The notes under the pieces: model-generated
What the model was told of the DNA's origin: nothing
The model's database searches: none
The model's input: the letters and a program-made list of their open reading frames with translations, nothing else
Shown: positions 61,437 through 64,000 of the stretch, in pieces
Layout of the letters: each line of letters opens with the position of its first letter
Position numbering within the stretch: the stretch's first letter is position 1
Made by a program: the position numbers and the translations under genes
Source: an uncultured delta proteobacterium
GTDB taxonomy: Bacteria > Desulfobacterota > Binatia > Binatales > Binataceae
NCBI GenBank assembly: GCA_963724765.1
Contig: CAVRVY010000001.1
Span: 128,001-192,000 of the forward strand
Reading direction: 5' to 3'
DNA length: 64,000 nucleotides

Positions 61437-62330
61437 TCAAAGATGGGGCCGTGCTTCGACACCAGTTACGCTAAGACCGGACGGCCGTCGATTGCGGAAG
61501 TAATCCTTGGGCTTGAAGAACGAGTCCGGGTCGGACAGCACGAGCACATGCCGCAAGACCTGGTCCATATGGTCGAGTTTGATCAAGCTGACGTTCTTCA
61601 GCACCTGCTGCGGAATGTCGGAGATTTCTTTCTCGTTTTCCCCGGGGATGACGACCGTCTTGATGCCGCCGCGATGAGCCGCGAGCACCTTCTCCTTGAG
61701 GCCGCCAATCGGCAGCAGCCGCCCGCGCAGCGTGATCTCGCCCGCCATCGCCAGATCGTTGCGGATTTGCACCCGGCATAACGCCGAGACGAGCGCGGTT
61801 GCGAGCGTAATTCCTGCCGGCGGCCCATCCTTGGGGATCGCGCCTTCGGGAATATGCAGGTGGATATCGATCTTCTGGTAGAAGTTCGGCGCAAGGCCAA
61901 GCGTCGCCGCGCGTGAGCGTACGTACGAGAGTGCCGCCTGCGCGCTTTCCTGCATCACCTCGCCGAGCTGGCCGGTGATCGTAAGCTTGCCGCGGCCTGG
62001 GACGATCGTCACCTCGACCGACAGCAGCTCGCCGCCCAGCTCCGTCCACGCCAGTCCCGTCGCGACGCCGATCTGCGGCTCCGTTTCCGCGGTCCCATAG
62101 CGGAACTTAGGCGGTCCCAGGAACTTCAACAGGCTCGACGACGAGACTTTGACGTACGCGTTGCGGTCCGTCTTGACCACTTCGACCGCGACCTTCCGGC
62201 AGATCGAGGCGATCTCTCGCTCGAGGTTGCGGACGCCGGCTTCACGCGTGTAGTGGCGGATGATTCCGAGCAGCGCACCGTCGGAAAACTCGATGTTCTC
62301 CTCCTTTACGCGCCGTTGGCTTCAGCAGCT
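61437..62330 (-). pseudogene. lon: Lon protease C-terminal fragment with catalytic Ser replaced by Pro
   Basis: [28 protein letters not shown] (normally PKDGPSAG), GGLKEK; no N-domain or Walker motifs. Confidence 0.85.
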
Positions 62331-62619
62331 CGCCGTGGATGCGGGGCGCACCCCACAGTGGGTTGGCGCTGTTCATCTGCCGGATCAGATCACGAATTTC
62401 GCGAACTACTGACGGCCGCCCAGGCCTCGAGCGCCAGCGCCAATAGAGCCGGAAGCCTTGAATGCGAGCATGCCCGTGACACTACGGCCGGGCAAAATAA
62501 ATCGCCAGACTTTTCGATGCTTTCCGAGTTTTCAGTAGGCACAAGCTTCTGCGGAGCACAAATCACCCTTCGCTCAGGCTTGAATGCATGTACCGGAGAT
62601 TAGTCCTGCGACGCAGCAT

Positions 62620-62705
62620 TGCAACGATAAGTTGCATTAATTATGACAAGTTACGTCTCAACTGGCTTTAAATCATTTAAGAATATTTATGGCATGTTTA
62701 CTGCT
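62620..62705 (+). promoter_or_regulatory. Putative sigma54 promoter with upstream palindrome
   Basis: TGGCATGTTTACTGCT (62690-62705) fits -24/-12 spacing; TGCAAC-N5-GTTGCA at 62620-62636; AT-rich spacer. Confidence 0.5.
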
Positions 62706-63001
62706 CCTTAGCGTTCCGGAAAGATGAGTGAGGAACAGGTCACTTCAATGGGGATTAACCATCGCGCTACTTCGAAACAATCGCTCCAGCGCGGATTGCC
62801 CATGCGGAGCGACCGCGTCGCTGCACGTTCCCCTCTAGCCAACGCCTAAGGCAGGACTACGAACGGTGGAACTCTGGTGATCGGCCGTCTGCCGCATTTG
62901 CACAGGAATTCGTATTACGCGGCGATTTCCGAAAGACACAAGCATCAGCATCGATAAATTTGCGTTGACGATCGCCAGTTACTTGTCTGGAGAGGTCCGA
63001 A

Positions 63002-63679
63002 ATGTCGTCGAAAGGTAAGATACTCCCTAAGTTTTCGCTTCGGCCGTGGATTCTAGCGATCATCATTCTATGCATGAGTGTTTGGCGGGCGCCGGCCGAG
63101 ACTCCCGCGCAAGAGGCAGCTCCCGCCACGTTGGATGTGACCGTGCACTCGACTTTGTGGTCATTCGAAGGGCCTGGAACCAACAATGCTCCATATCTGG
63201 TGATCGGTATGGCGGATCGCGGAGGCACCCCGTCCTACAGTTCGCTTCGGATCGCTGAAGACCAAGGAACGAATCCGTCTACAGGAAATACAATAACGCG
63301 CCAGGGCGGCCCGGCTGACTTGGCAAGTCGCAACGGCAAAATCGAGTTCGGTCCGCTAGCATTATCGAGCCTCCTTGATCCGACCGTTGGGGTCGCGGGC
63401 CACTTGAATTTTCGAACGGAACCTACAAGCGCACGCCAGACTGTTCCGAGATCACCTGACCTGGCGAGCGTTAAAGTCTACCCCTCACTAGACCATATGT
63501 TAGCGCCTGGATCTTTTCTGTACGGATACCGGGCGAATTACCTTCCGTCGAAACGACGGTTGAGCAATAACGAATCCTTCGCGCACGAAGTAGTACAGGC
63601 ACCTCGCCCGCTTTTCGAACTCGAGTTCGGCAGCTGGCGCCTCCCGGTGATGCTCTCTGAGGCCGCAGTTTCACGATAG
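63002..63679 (+). CDS. Exported hypothetical protein
   Basis: GAGG RBS; hydrophobic N-terminal signal. Confidence 0.55.
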   Translation: MSSKGKILPKFSLRPWILAIIILCMSVWRAPAETPAQEAAPATLDVTVHSTLWSFEGPGTNNAPYLVIGMADRGGTPSYSSLRIAEDQGTNPSTGNTITRQGGPADLASRNGKIEFGPLALSSLLDPTVGVAGHLNFRTEPTSARQTVPRSPDLASVKVYPSLDHMLAPGSFLYGYRANYLPSKRRLSNNESFAHEVVQAPRPLFELEFGSWRLPVMLSEAAVSR

Positions 63680-63704
63680 CCCGCCGAACTCTTGGTGACG
63701 ATCA

Positions 63705-64000
63705 ATGCCACGACTCGGTGTAGGGTTGCGCCTGCTGTTCGCTGCAATAGCGCTGACACCACTCTTACCGTGCTGTGCTTCGAGTTGGGCTGCCGCCTCG
63801 AAGGAAGAGATATGCGACATCGATGCTGATTTTGCGCTTGGCCTCGAGGACTATCCTGCAGCGATAACACTGCATCGTAAAGTTCTGCGCGCGCACAACG
63901 ACAATGCGCTGGCGCATTATCATTTGGGGTTTGCATACGGTATGAAGGGGCGTAAGGCAGATGAGATCAACGAATATCTTGCAGCGGCAAGGCTCGGCCT
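63705..64000 (+). CDS. Exported TPR protein (runs off the window)
   Basis: Signal-like N-terminus; DYPAAITLHRKVL...NALAHYHLGFAYG. Confidence 0.75.
   Translation, partial: MPRLGVGLRLLFAAIALTPLLPCCASSWAAASKEEICDIDADFALGLEDYPAAITLHRKVLRAHNDNALAHYHLGFAYGMKGRKADEINEYLAAARLG

Overview
High-GC bacterial DNA. The gene set resembles Ca. Binatota or a similar soil lineage (inference, not tested). 1-6.0 kb holds core-like genes: DsbA/SurA-like protein, ROK kinase, ilvD and a TTQ amine dehydrogenase heavy/light pair. 7-50 kb is an accessory region. A general-stress/envelope cluster (BON x2, DUF883, holin-like YqjE, a Gly-X-Y/OmpA lipoprotein, CsbD, DUF3309, DUF1003) is split by a ~31-kb cassette bounded by 1,066-bp direct repeats (12155-13220 and 44175-45240). 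Each repeat carries a Crp/Fnr gene plus its divergent promoter region. The cassette encodes a second Crp paralogue, a secreted Ig-like/DUF3494 ice-binding protein, a complete FAAL-PKS-C-NRPS(2 modules)-MbtH-TEII-PPTase lipodipeptide cluster and a flippase/LolA-like/FtsX x2/ATPase exporter. A TGT(T/G/C)(C/A)-N6-(G/T)(A/C/G)ACA palindrome recurs in about 10 intergenic positions, suggesting one Crp-type regulon. 50-64 kb holds tRNA-Ser(TGA), flanked by an excisionase relic on one side and a DUF2924/serine-recombinase element on the other. It also holds two IS21 elements with 5-bp target duplications and pseudogenes of P450, groEL and lon. All calls come from reading the sequence by eye; no database searches were run.
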